A stretch of 64,000 nucleotides of DNA from Candidatus Nezhaarchaeales archaeon (GTDB lineage Archaea > Thermoproteota > Methanomethylicia > Nezhaarchaeales > WYZ-LMO8): positions 192,001-256,000 of the forward strand of contig JAWAKK010000001.1 in assembly GCA_038887515.1 (NCBI GenBank). The letters run 5' to 3'. Below, piece after piece: positions 29,750 through 39,042 of this stretch. Each line of letters begins with the position of its first letter. Position 1 is the stretch's first letter. A program made the translations under genes and the position numbers. Under the pieces are notes generated by a model that was not told where the DNA came from, searched no databases, and was given only the letters and a program-made list of their open reading frames with translations.

Positions 29750-30253
29750 TTAATGATCTTTCACCTCGCTTTTCTCCATGATTCTAAGAACTTCTTGTAG
29801 CTTTTCAGCTCGATACTTCACGAGGGCCTTTATTATGTCGAGGACCTTGGAATCTAGCCTTGAGAGGACGTCTAGACGGAGAACGAATGGCATGCCAATG
29901 AATAGTTCTACCTTGTCTGACACTTGCTCCAAGAGCTTTTGTATAAATAGGGCTACGAACTTCTTGCCTTTATCAGTTATTGAATAGATCTTCCGGACCT
30001 TAGCGCCACAATGATACTTATTCGCAGTGACGTAACCTAACGTCTCAAGGTACCTTAAGACTGGATAGAGAGAGCCGGGGCTTGGCTTCCATAGACCCAT
30101 GCTCCGCTTCGCAATCTCTTGAATTATTCTATAACCATGTTTTTCGCCTTCGAGAAGCAGCAATAATGTTGATACTTTTAGAAGACCCTTTCCTAAAGAA
30201 CGAAGCGTCTTAACTACGTCCCTTTCAACGATTCTGTCAGTGTTCTGATTCAT
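29750..30253 (-). CDS. PadR family transcriptional regulator
   Basis: HGY.II..I....G.W.PSPGSLYPVL..LE..G.V......RK.Y.IT.KG. Confidence 0.92.
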   Translation of the reverse strand: MNQNTDRIVERDVVKTLRSLGKGLLKVSTLLLLLEGEKHGYRIIQEIAKRSMGLWKPSPGSLYPVLRYLETLGYVTANKYHCGAKVRKIYSITDKGKKFVALFIQKLLEQVSDKVELFIGMPFVLRLDVLSRLDSKVLDIIKALVKYRAEKLQEVLRIMEKSEVKDH

Positions 30254-30379
30254 AGAAAACTCCTCATAATTTAGAAATAAGACCTTCAGTATTAAGCCTG
30301 TTTCTTCGAACGCCGATATCTAAAGACCATTTAGAGGTAAGAGGGATGCGAGAACATCTTAAAGATGTGTTTTGAAGTC

Positions 30380-31162
30380 TTATTTTGAAGCCCCCTCTAT
30401 CCCTCTAGAACCAACAATCTTTTCTATTTCTCGTAGTATTTCTCTCGGTCTCTTTAATACGACGACCCCCTCTATGGTTAATAGCTTCCTCACATTCCCT
30501 AGATCTATAGGGGTACTCTTGGCCTTAATTTTGGCCCTAAACCTAACGGCTCCAAATGGGCACGAGTGAAGGCAATTACTGCATCCGATACACTTTGATA
30601 AGTTTATGTGCCCTGACCCTTCTACAAGTTCGAAAGCTTTCGTAGGACATGAAGTTAAGGGTTTACATTCCTTGCATTTATGTAACTCACAGATCAATCT
30701 GTTGACTATGTGAGGGGTCTCAGTCTCGTATTCGACTTCGGAGTCCGTCGGAACTATAAGAACCTTGACCCCACCCTTCAGAGCTTGAGCTACAGCTATA
30801 GTCGGAGGCGTATCGGCTATCCCTCTTACAATCTTTGCAACGGTATTTGCTGATGCCGGTGATGCTATTAGAGCACTGTACGTCCTCATCAGCAGTCTTC
30901 CAGCTTTGCTACAACTAGCCCCATCACTAGGCGTTACAAGTTCTCTATAATAGTTACCATCTGCTATGGTCCTTAATTTACCCTCAAGACCATAAATTCT
31001 AACGACTTCAAGCCCGGCTTGAGATATGAATACCGTTATTTCGAAACCCTTTGATACTAGCTCCTCCATAACTTCTATGCTTTCAAAGAGATGGTGGCCA
31101 GCGCCCGTCAAGCACCATGCCAACCTATTTCGATGGTAGCTCAACTCTCTTCGCACCTTCAA
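30380..31162 (-). CDS. dmrX: Dihydromethanopterin reductase (acceptor), flavoprotein plus ferredoxin
   Basis: AWCLTGAGH, PASANTVAKIV.GIADT, AQA.K, ferredoxin motifs C..C.....CP and CIGCSNC...CP; start uncertain (TTG 31162 or 31123). Confidence 0.85.
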   Translation of the reverse strand: MKVRRELSYHRNRLAWCLTGAGHHLFESIEVMEELVSKGFEITVFISQAGLEVVRIYGLEGKLRTIADGNYYRELVTPSDGASCSKAGRLLMRTYSALIASPASANTVAKIVRGIADTPPTIAVAQALKGGVKVLIVPTDSEVEYETETPHIVNRLICELHKCKECKPLTSCPTKAFELVEGSGHINLSKCIGCSNCLHSCPFGAVRFRAKIKAKSTPIDLGNVRKLLTIEGVVVLKRPREILREIEKIVGSRGIEGASK

Positions 31163-34100
31163 GTAGCAAGTCTACTTGGTTGGCTAAGTCTCTAAGCACG
31201 GTCTGATAATCAATCTTCCCCATCTCTATAAGGTACATTTTTTCTTCAAGAGCTTTAGTGGTGGCCTCTGAAACGAGGTCTTTAAATCTTTCAATTAAAT
31301 AGTCATATACTCCTCTGCCCAAGGCAGTTGCTATTAACCCTCCCCACTTATTTTTGATGACGTACTTATGCCTTATCAACCCCTCGATAATTTTTGAATA
31401 AGTCGATGGCCTACCTATACCCCTCTCCTTCATTAACTTTATGACGTCTCCCTCTTTATACAACGGTATTTTTGACGTTCTTCTGATCTCAACGTTCTCC
31501 ACCTTAAGGAGATCACCTACATTCAATCTATTTATAAGCTTGTAGCCGAGGACGTCAAGATAGCCAGGATCCTTTATCTCAACTATCCCTTCTTGGTCGG
31601 TAAGGTACTTAACGCCATTAATTTCAAGGCTGAACTTGTACTTCGCTTTAACGACTATAGCTTTCTTCATTTGGCTAGCTATGAACCTCCTAAATATCAG
31701 GTCGTATAACCTATAGTGCCTCATGGATAATGGTACTATGGTTTTTATAGAACCATCCATAACTAAGCGTTGAAGCGTAAGCGCATCTATTGGCCGCGTA
31801 GGCCTTATACATTCATGCGCGCCTTCCTTGAACCAATCTCTGGGCACGAACCAATTCTTGAACTCTTCCTTATACCTTTCCTGCAGGTAGTCCCTGGCGA
31901 TAATTTTACCGACGTCAGAGACGGTCGTGCTATCGGTTCTATGATAAGTTATAAAACCCATTTCAAACAATTCTTGCGCTATCCTCATAGTTTCAGACGA
32001 GCTAAAGCCCTTCGTCGATGCTACGTACAGAAGGTCGTCTGTAGTAAAGGGAGGGGGTGGGTTAACCTCGACTTCTTCAAGAGACACGTCTTCGACAACG
32101 ACTTGAGATTCTTTGATCCGGTGATATTGATCTTTAAGTTCTTTAAATGGTAGGGGGACTTCAAAATGAAGTTTAAAGCCTTCTTGGACGTCGACTACTA
32201 CGTAGTTGGTTATGTTCCTCTTCCACTCCTCGCATCTTTCTATTATCCACCCTAAGACGGGCGTCTGAACCCTACCTGCAGCAAGCCACTTCTTGCCAAA
32301 GATATCCCACAACTTTTCACTCAATCCAAAACCTATCCACCTATCTTCTATTCTTCGAACTATCTGAGCTTCTACCATTGATACGCTTATATCACGAGGT
32401 TTATTTAATGATTCATAGATAGCCCTTCTAGTAACCTCGTGAAACTCGCTTCTTCGTACCGTGTTCAAGTAAGGGGCTATGGTACAGGCTATGTCCCATC
32501 CTATCTTTTCTCCTTCGACGTCGGGGTCGGTCGCTATGAAGGCTAAGTCGACTTCGCTTGCTATTTTTCTAATTACGTTCACAACTTCATATGAACTAAA
32601 TATTAAGTTCGATCCGCACTTAGGGCACCTATCATCACTTGATGCGAACTGATACCCACACTTCTTACATCTCTTAATGGTGCTATAGAGCGGAGCATAG
32701 CCCTCACCTATCAATAGCACTCCGTACTTACCTACATCCTCTGTCACCAGGTCGTAAACATGTCCTCTAGTCGCGACTATACTCAATAGGAAGTTCCCGG
32801 CAAAAACCTCGAAAACCTTTAAAGATCCCACAGTTCTCCTAGATGGTCTTCCAAAAAAGTTTGCGATAGCACGTGCCTTTGTTGGGCTTTCAACAACCAT
32901 TAAGGCGCTTTTAACGGGATCCTTTACTTCTTCGACTTCGCCGGTTATAGCTTTCTTAGCCTTGACCCTATCTTCGTCTATCTCCTTGAGCACTTCTTCC
33001 AATCTCACTTCAGAGAGATGTTTCCATTGTACATCGTCTATGTAAATTCTAGTCTGCTTCATTAAGTTATTGAGGGCGTTACGATCGTTAGGTAAGCATA
33101 TCACTACACTAAGTCCCTTTGTTAAGCCACCAGTATACATTCTTGAGGTTCTTCCGCTTGCCTGTATGTACGTCATCACATCAGGGATGAACATGTACAA
33201 CTTTCCATCTATTTCTCTTACGTCGATTAGTTGGCTTTCAAGTAGCTGCTTCTTGATTTCCTCTCTCTTTAGTAACTCATTCATTAAGTTCTTTGCGTCT
33301 TCAAAGATTTTCCTTACTTCTTCGAGGTAACCCTCGAGCTTCGTGGCGCTACGGAGTGCATCAGCTATAAGTCTCGCTTCGTCATATCTAAGTCTCAGAG
33401 CGTGTTTCCTCATTTCAGCTACCATCTTAGCTAAGTGGAATGCTTCCTCTCCTTTGACAATCGTTTGTAGAACCGACATTACCTGAAGGAGCCTTATTGG
33501 GTGACCTTCTTCGGAGTCTAATGTAAACCTGAACTTTGGCACAGCGACAAAGACCGCGTACCTAACCCTTTCAGGGAGATCGAGACCTCTAACTATAACA
33601 CCATAGTAACTTGCAACCCCGACTAGCACATCAAGTTCTCCTTTAGCAAAGTCTTCTACAAGCTTCTTTACACCCCTCATTCCGGACTTAGCAAAAGCGG
33701 CTTTAATACCATTTGAAACCAAATAGTCCGTAAGAGCCTGAGCGAATTTTGCTCCTAAATCATACGAAACATATATGAGACCTCCAACGCCTAGCCTCCT
33801 TATAAGCTCAAGAGCTGGCTCCATTAGATCTTCAAGTTTGCTACCATCAATCACTACGTAGCAGTCTTGAATGTTCCTCATGTACTCCATTATTGTACCC
33901 GCTTCAAACCCAAGCAGCTCCCGAAACAACCTCACCCTCAAACCTCTAGCTCGGCCGGTCGCGCTTAGAACTATAAGTTGACCGAACTCGTTATTAGAAG
34001 TCAAGTCCTTTAATTCCGCAGTCATCATGTCAAGCTTAGACCTAACTTCTTCAATCTTCTCCTTACGTCCAGCCTTCAGCAAATCGACTAATTTAGTCTT

Positions 34101-34868
34101 TTCTTTTACCAATCTCATGGCTAAAGTGATAGCCTCAGGCGGGAATCCCATCAAATTCAGAACTCTGTCTATGTTTTTCGACCTTCTAAGTAGAGCGTCG
34201 ACATCATCTACAGCTACTAAGTTGAACTTGGCTCCTACCATTTTCTGGAAGTTCTTTGCAAGTGACATCGGGGTAGTTACTACAACGTCTACTTCTCCCC
34301 TCTTTATGGCATCGAATGCTTCTTCTTTATCCTTAACGTGTCCGCCGAACAGTGGAATTATCTTTAAATTGAGCAAGGCTTTCTCAGCATACTTGTTAAG
34401 CCAATCGTAAACTTGGTTTGCGAGTACTATAGTAGGCAATATGAAGAGCGACTTTTTCCCTTGCTTAGCGTAATACAACGTTAACGTAACTGCGAATAGT
34501 GTTTTTCCAACACCTGTTGGAGCTATTACAGCAAAGCTAAGCCCTGACAAAGCTCTCTTAGCCCACGTCCTTTGAGCACTCCACATCTTTTTTCCTGTAA
34601 CTTCGCTGAAGAAGTCTTCAAAGTCTTTCAACTTGTGAGCTAATATGACATAATCTTTGAGCCCCTTCAGCTTATTGGCCTTCTCTAAGAGCTCTCCGAG
34701 CTTTAACCTAAAGTCGATGGGCGACGATTTAGCTAGATCTATTAGCTTCTGTACTTCCTCGCCATCGGGTAGACAGTTATCACAAGGCAGGCCAGCTAAG
34801 AGCCTCTCATCGGTTACGTCCCCGTTACAGTTAGGGCAAAGACCCTTGAACACTGCGCGCATCATCAC
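31125..34868 (-). CDS. rgy: Reverse gyrase
   Basis: N-terminal Zn finger CPNC..C..C, APTGVGKT, DDVD, QASGRTSR, VESPTKA, second Zn finger, AGRVQTP, catalytic ITYHRTDS, GIGRPSTY. Confidence 0.98.
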   Translation of the reverse strand: MMMRAVFKGLCPNCNGDVTDERLLAGLPCDNCLPDGEEVQKLIDLAKSSPIDFRLKLGELLEKANKLKGLKDYVILAHKLKDFEDFFSEVTGKKMWSAQRTWAKRALSGLSFAVIAPTGVGKTLFAVTLTLYYAKQGKKSLFILPTIVLANQVYDWLNKYAEKALLNLKIIPLFGGHVKDKEEAFDAIKRGEVDVVVTTPMSLAKNFQKMVGAKFNLVAVDDVDALLRRSKNIDRVLNLMGFPPEAITLAMRLVKEKTKLVDLLKAGRKEKIEEVRSKLDMMTAELKDLTSNNEFGQLIVLSATGRARGLRVRLFRELLGFEAGTIMEYMRNIQDCYVVIDGSKLEDLMEPALELIRRLGVGGLIYVSYDLGAKFAQALTDYLVSNGIKAAFAKSGMRGVKKLVEDFAKGELDVLVGVASYYGVIVRGLDLPERVRYAVFVAVPKFRFTLDSEEGHPIRLLQVMSVLQTIVKGEEAFHLAKMVAEMRKHALRLRYDEARLIADALRSATKLEGYLEEVRKIFEDAKNLMNELLKREEIKKQLLESQLIDVREIDGKLYMFIPDVMTYIQASGRTSRMYTGGLTKGLSVVICLPNDRNALNNLMKQTRIYIDDVQWKHLSEVRLEEVLKEIDEDRVKAKKAITGEVEEVKDPVKSALMVVESPTKARAIANFFGRPSRRTVGSLKVFEVFAGNFLLSIVATRGHVYDLVTEDVGKYGVLLIGEGYAPLYSTIKRCKKCGYQFASSDDRCPKCGSNLIFSSYEVVNVIRKIASEVDLAFIATDPDVEGEKIGWDIACTIAPYLNTVRRSEFHEVTRRAIYESLNKPRDISVSMVEAQIVRRIEDRWIGFGLSEKLWDIFGKKWLAAGRVQTPVLGWIIERCEEWKRNITNYVVVDVQEGFKLHFEVPLPFKELKDQYHRIKESQVVVEDVSLEEVEVNPPPPFTTDDLLYVASTKGFSSSETMRIAQELFEMGFITYHRTDSTTVSDVGKIIARDYLQERYKEEFKNWFVPRDWFKEGAHECIRPTRPIDALTLQRLVMDGSIKTIVPLSMRHYRLYDLIFRRFIASQMKKAIVVKAKYKFSLEINGVKYLTDQEGIVEIKDPGYLDVLGYKLINRLNVGDLLKVENVEIRRTSKIPLYKEGDVIKLMKERGIGRPSTYSKIIEGLIRHKYVIKNKWGGLIATALGRGVYDYLIERFKDLVSEATTKALEEKMYLIEMGKIDYQTVLRDLANQVDLLLEGAKRVELPSK

Positions 34869-34900
34869 TACTCAAAAAACCAGAAAAACTAGGAGCTTAT

Positions 34901-35311
34901 TTAATCTTGCTTAGCCCTAAGGTCCTCAACATCCTCTATGTACATTATGTTGAAGTTTAAGTCATCTACGAAACGCATTCTTGCCTTAACCCTAGTGGAT
35001 CCGTACCTCACAACTACTTTTACGTCTATAGCGTCCCCCTTAAGTGAAGAATAATCGTATGGTAACCTTCCATTCCCTTTAATGACCCTAACGTTAAAAT
35101 CGACCTTCACCTCTTCTCTAAAAGGTTGTAAAGACATGGATTTTTCGATTGCCTCTTTGACTGCATTAAGTACGTCTTCTCTCTTGGCTATGGGGAGCCC
35201 AACGAATTGGTGATAGAGAGCTCCAAGAGCTATCCCAGCTTCAAATATGGCCCTCTCTCTATCTGTTATCGAACGATGAAAGTATTTTTTTGCTGGATCC
35301 TCAAGACTCAT
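34901..35311 (-). CDS. mptD: Archaeal dihydroneopterin aldolase
   Basis: TDRERAIFEAGIALGALYHQFVG.P, AIE.SM..QP, Y.SL. Confidence 0.93.
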   Translation of the reverse strand: MSLEDPAKKYFHRSITDRERAIFEAGIALGALYHQFVGLPIAKREDVLNAVKEAIEKSMSLQPFREEVKVDFNVRVIKGNGRLPYDYSSLKGDAIDVKVVVRYGSTRVKARMRFVDDLNFNIMYIEDVEDLRAKQD

Positions 35312-35329
35312 ATTACTCTCGTTACAGTT

Positions 35330-36511
35330 CTAGGCTTTTAAAGGTACCTTTAACTCCGTGCCTTTACTCATAGCTACTCTTCGTAGATCCGCTATAAGTT
35401 CGTCAATAAGCTTCTCTGTATGATGAGGCATTAACACGACCCTCAGGTGAGTAGGAAACTCAGATAAAAACCATCCTAAACCCCTTACAATACGTGAGAA
35501 ATCTTTAACGCTTAAATTTTTGGCCCTAATACCTACAATGTTCATTACAGGCTTTACTAGGAGCTCTAGGTGACCATCGTTTTCAATTTCTTTCGACAAT
35601 CTTTCCGTTAGCTTCATGCATTTACTTATCATGTTCCTGTAACCTTCCTTACCTAAAACTCTCAATAATGTCCATACTGCAGTCACTGAACCTCCAGGCC
35701 TGCTTCCAGCTATCGTAAAGCTCTTGGCGTTGCCTCCAGCTAAGTAGGGAGTCCTGAAAGTTATCGAGTCGACAAGCTCAGGATCCTTAAAAAGTATGCC
35801 TCCAGCCGGTATAGGGACAAAACCCATTTTATGGGGGTCAACGGTTATGGATTGCACACCTTCTAGTCTGAAGTCGAAGTCCGGAACCGTGTACCCTAGA
35901 TCTCTTAGAAATGGCAAAACCATTCCTCCAAAGGCTGCATCGACATGCAAATATACATTCCTTTCAACCGCTAGCTCGCTAAGCTCTACTATTGGATCCA
36001 CAACGCCTAGAGCAGTTGTTCCAGCTATACCGACTATTGCAGCCGTATTTTTCGTAATACTACGCCTAACATAGTCGACATCGACTGTAAAATCACTATT
36101 TAATGGAACCCTTATGACTCTTAAGCCTAAGAGATCGGCAGCTTTATAAATAGAAATGTGGCATGACGATGGGACTATAATTTCACGCTTCTTTGTGTAG
36201 TTTCTTGCAGCCCATAAAGCAATTACGTTCGCTTCAGATCCGCTTGAGACTATGGCTCCAACCGCCCTCGGATTTGATAGAAGTCCTCCAAGATCCTTGA
36301 TGACCTCTTCCTCTAACTTAGCTATACCTCGCCAAACTCCGGGATCTCCTACGTTTCCATTCATGCCCATTAGGTATGCAATCTTAGATATGAGAAGGGG
36401 CTTAGGACACATAGAGCCGATGGCCCTATAGCTGAACCTTCTTACGTCTGATTCAACTATTTCTGCAAGATTCTTCAGTACCTTCTGTGGTTCTTCTCCC
36501 TTTTCCCTCAT
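35330..36511 (-). CDS. mfnA: PLP-dependent L-tyrosine/L-aspartate decarboxylase
   Basis: GSMC..P, N.GDPG, SGSEAN, HVDAAFGG, DPHKMG (PLP Lys), GSRPG, R.V.MPH. Confidence 0.9.
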   Translation of the reverse strand: MREKGEEPQKVLKNLAEIVESDVRRFSYRAIGSMCPKPLLISKIAYLMGMNGNVGDPGVWRGIAKLEEEVIKDLGGLLSNPRAVGAIVSSGSEANVIALWAARNYTKKREIIVPSSCHISIYKAADLLGLRVIRVPLNSDFTVDVDYVRRSITKNTAAIVGIAGTTALGVVDPIVELSELAVERNVYLHVDAAFGGMVLPFLRDLGYTVPDFDFRLEGVQSITVDPHKMGFVPIPAGGILFKDPELVDSITFRTPYLAGGNAKSFTIAGSRPGGSVTAVWTLLRVLGKEGYRNMISKCMKLTERLSKEIENDGHLELLVKPVMNIVGIRAKNLSVKDFSRIVRGLGWFLSEFPTHLRVVLMPHHTEKLIDELIADLRRVAMSKGTELKVPLKA

Positions 36512-36725
36512 CGAGGATCATCATTTCATCTCTCAATGATTTGAAGACATACGCTCAGTTGGAAGGCCACTTTCCTTAAAAAGCTTTACGTAGATACGCC
36601 TCTTTTCTATATTTTTGATGCGTATAAATATGTACTTCTATGTAAATTTTTGGGATTGTATAAACAACATTAGAAGCCTTTTGTAGTCAAGCTTTTAAGT
36701 TGGTTGCCAGAGAGCCTATGTCGGC

Positions 36726-38090
36726 TTGGACATGACTGTTAGAGCAATAATTTTGGGCTCTGGCAAAGAAGTGGGCAGAGCCTGCATAGTAATTAAGGGA
36801 GATAGTGGATCAATAATGCTGGACTGCGGAATTCATCCTACAATTACTGGCCTCGAAGGAACACCGAAGCTCGATCTAATCGATATGGGGTCCGTGACAA
36901 ATGTCGTACTAACCCACGCTCATCTAGATCATAGTGGAACCATACCGAGGCTCTTAAATTTAGGGTTTAAAGGAGACATCGTAGCTACCTTGCCTACCGC
37001 AGCTCTAGTAGGGATGATGTGGAGGGATCAAGTCAGTATAATGAAAAGGGAGTGGCCCGAGGAGTTGAGACTCTGGGATGTGAAGGAGATGAATAAGGTG
37101 CTTGCAAGCCACATACGATACGTAACATACGAAGAAGAGGTTAGACTGCCCAATGGCGTAAACTTGAAACTTCACGATGCGGGTCACATCTTGGGTTCAT
37201 CGTTTGTCGAACTAGAAATTGATGGTTTGAAGATAGGTTACACAGGCGATCTGGGTACATCATCCAACCACCTTCAATACTGGGACGCCTCAGCCCTCAG
37301 AGGGGTCCACGTGCTTTTCTGTGAATCGACATATGGGGGTATTGAGAGGAAAGGTAGGGAGGCCCTTGAAAGGGAGCTTGTGGAAGCCGTAAAGTCGACG
37401 CTTGAAGGCGGAGGGAAGGTATTAATACCCGCAATGTCTGTCGGTAAGGCCCAAGAAATTTTATTGACACTTAAAAGGCATGAAACCAAGATACCCGACG
37501 CCCCAGTGGTGCTTGACGGTATGGCCTACAAAGCGACGAGGATATACTCTCAGTTCATAATGTATATGAACGATAGGATAAAGAGGGCCTTCATAATCAA
37601 CGGTGAAGATCCATTCGATTGGGAGAGATTATTCCAACCTAAGTCCCTTAAAAAGAGACGCGAACTAGTCGAAAGCGAAAATCCCTGCATATTCATAGCT
37701 CCCTCTGGAATGCTTAAGGGCGGATGGAGCCAGTGGTACTTAGCTAAGCTTGCACCTAATCCGGAGAATGCAGTAGTGATATGCGGCTACGTAGATCCTC
37801 AAACACCAGCTAGCGAACTGGTCTCAGGAGCCAAGGAGGTGAAGGTTACGGACTTCATCGCTAAAGAGGAAGTTAGAGTACAAATAAATTGCAAGGTTTA
37901 CCACGTAGAGATCTCTAGACACGCTATGCACTCAGAGCTCTGTAGGTTCATAGCTACAGTTAAGCCTGAAAACCTAGTCTTACTGCACGGTAATAGTGAA
38001 AACATTAAGAAATTAATGGATTCTGTTGGCAGTTATTCGAAGAGGGTAGAGGTTCCCGAGAACGGCTCAACTATTAGTCTTAGAGACTGA
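36726..38090 (+). CDS. beta-CASP MBL-fold ribonuclease lacking KH domains (aCPSF2/aCPSF1b-like)
   Basis: EVGR.C, LDCG, THAHLDH, AGHILGS, YTGD, ESTYG, SGML.GG, SRHA, HG. Confidence 0.9.
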   Translation: MDMTVRAIILGSGKEVGRACIVIKGDSGSIMLDCGIHPTITGLEGTPKLDLIDMGSVTNVVLTHAHLDHSGTIPRLLNLGFKGDIVATLPTAALVGMMWRDQVSIMKREWPEELRLWDVKEMNKVLASHIRYVTYEEEVRLPNGVNLKLHDAGHILGSSFVELEIDGLKIGYTGDLGTSSNHLQYWDASALRGVHVLFCESTYGGIERKGREALERELVEAVKSTLEGGGKVLIPAMSVGKAQEILLTLKRHETKIPDAPVVLDGMAYKATRIYSQFIMYMNDRIKRAFIINGEDPFDWERLFQPKSLKKRRELVESENPCIFIAPSGMLKGGWSQWYLAKLAPNPENAVVICGYVDPQTPASELVSGAKEVKVTDFIAKEEVRVQINCKVYHVEISRHAMHSELCRFIATVKPENLVLLHGNSENIKKLMDSVGSYSKRVEVPENGSTISLRD

Positions 38091-38164
38091 TAGATTTACG
38101 TGATCGAATCATTCACCGTAAGGTAATTAAGTTCAAGGATTACTTATAAGAATCGCTAGGTTAG

Positions 38165-39031
38165 GTGTCTGCTTTGTACGTCTCAAAGTATATGAGTTCA
38201 CCCGTTGTAACCGCTAAATTAACTGATAACTTAGCGTACGTTAGGAACCTAATGCTAAAGCACGAAATAAGTAGGGTACTCATAGTCGACGACGCGTTAA
38301 AACCTATAGGCATCATAACTAAGGGCGACATGATTAGGATAATGATATCAAGGGACTGGAGGGACAGACCTCTAGAGTCGATACACGTAAATGACGTCAA
38401 GGGACCCATGGAACTGAAGCTTGCAACACCACGAATGACCGTTAAGAGGGCAGCTAGTGTTATGATAAAGAATCTGATAAGCGGCCTTCCAGTAATCTTA
38501 CCAGCTTCCGGGGATCTCGTAGGGATAATAACTAAAACCGATTTGTTAGAAGCATTCGTAGATGGTTACGTCGGTTTATACAAGGTCGGAGACCTCATGA
38601 CTAAGTACCCGATAACGGTCAAGAGAACCCATAGCATATTTAAGGTTCAAGAGCTACTAGCTAAGTATAATGTTTCAAGGATAATAGTTGTTGATAATAA
38701 GAAGCCTATAGGCATCATAACCGAGACAGACGTCGTCTTCGGTAAACATGTTAAACCAGTGCTAGACAAGGGTAAGTTCATAAAACAGAGGGTTAAAGAC
38801 CACTACAAGGATAGAGAAGCGGTCGTGAGGGTCTACAGGGTTCCAATAGTAGAAGACTTCATGACTCCAGACCCTTACGTTATAAGTGTTGACGAGGATG
38901 CTACAAAGGCTGCTACTATGATGCTTGAACATGGTATAAGCGGTCTACCGGTCGTGAATCGCGATGAGCTTGTAGGGATAATAACTAAAACCGATTTGGT
39001 TAAAGGGATGGCAGGGTTAATAAAGAGTTAA
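38165..39031 (+). CDS. CBS-domain protein (two Bateman modules)
   Basis: Four CBS repeats with GIITKGD / GIITKTD / GIITETD / GIITKTD. Confidence 0.92.
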   Translation: MSALYVSKYMSSPVVTAKLTDNLAYVRNLMLKHEISRVLIVDDALKPIGIITKGDMIRIMISRDWRDRPLESIHVNDVKGPMELKLATPRMTVKRAASVMIKNLISGLPVILPASGDLVGIITKTDLLEAFVDGYVGLYKVGDLMTKYPITVKRTHSIFKVQELLAKYNVSRIIVVDNKKPIGIITETDVVFGKHVKPVLDKGKFIKQRVKDHYKDREAVVRVYRVPIVEDFMTPDPYVISVDEDATKAATMMLEHGISGLPVVNRDELVGIITKTDLVKGMAGLIKS

Positions 39032-39042
39032 GGGTCGTCAAC

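Noticed and set aside
30354-30368. ACATCTT-A-AAGATGT palindrome upstream of padR as its operator
   Set aside because: Single occurrence about 100 nt from the start, with half-sites in the opposite orientation to known ATGT-Nn-ACAT PadR boxes; not supportable alone.
31125-34868. Intein or split in reverse gyrase
   Set aside because: The length (1247 aa) is ordinary, the motifs are contiguous, and no intein splice or LAGLIDADG motifs were seen.
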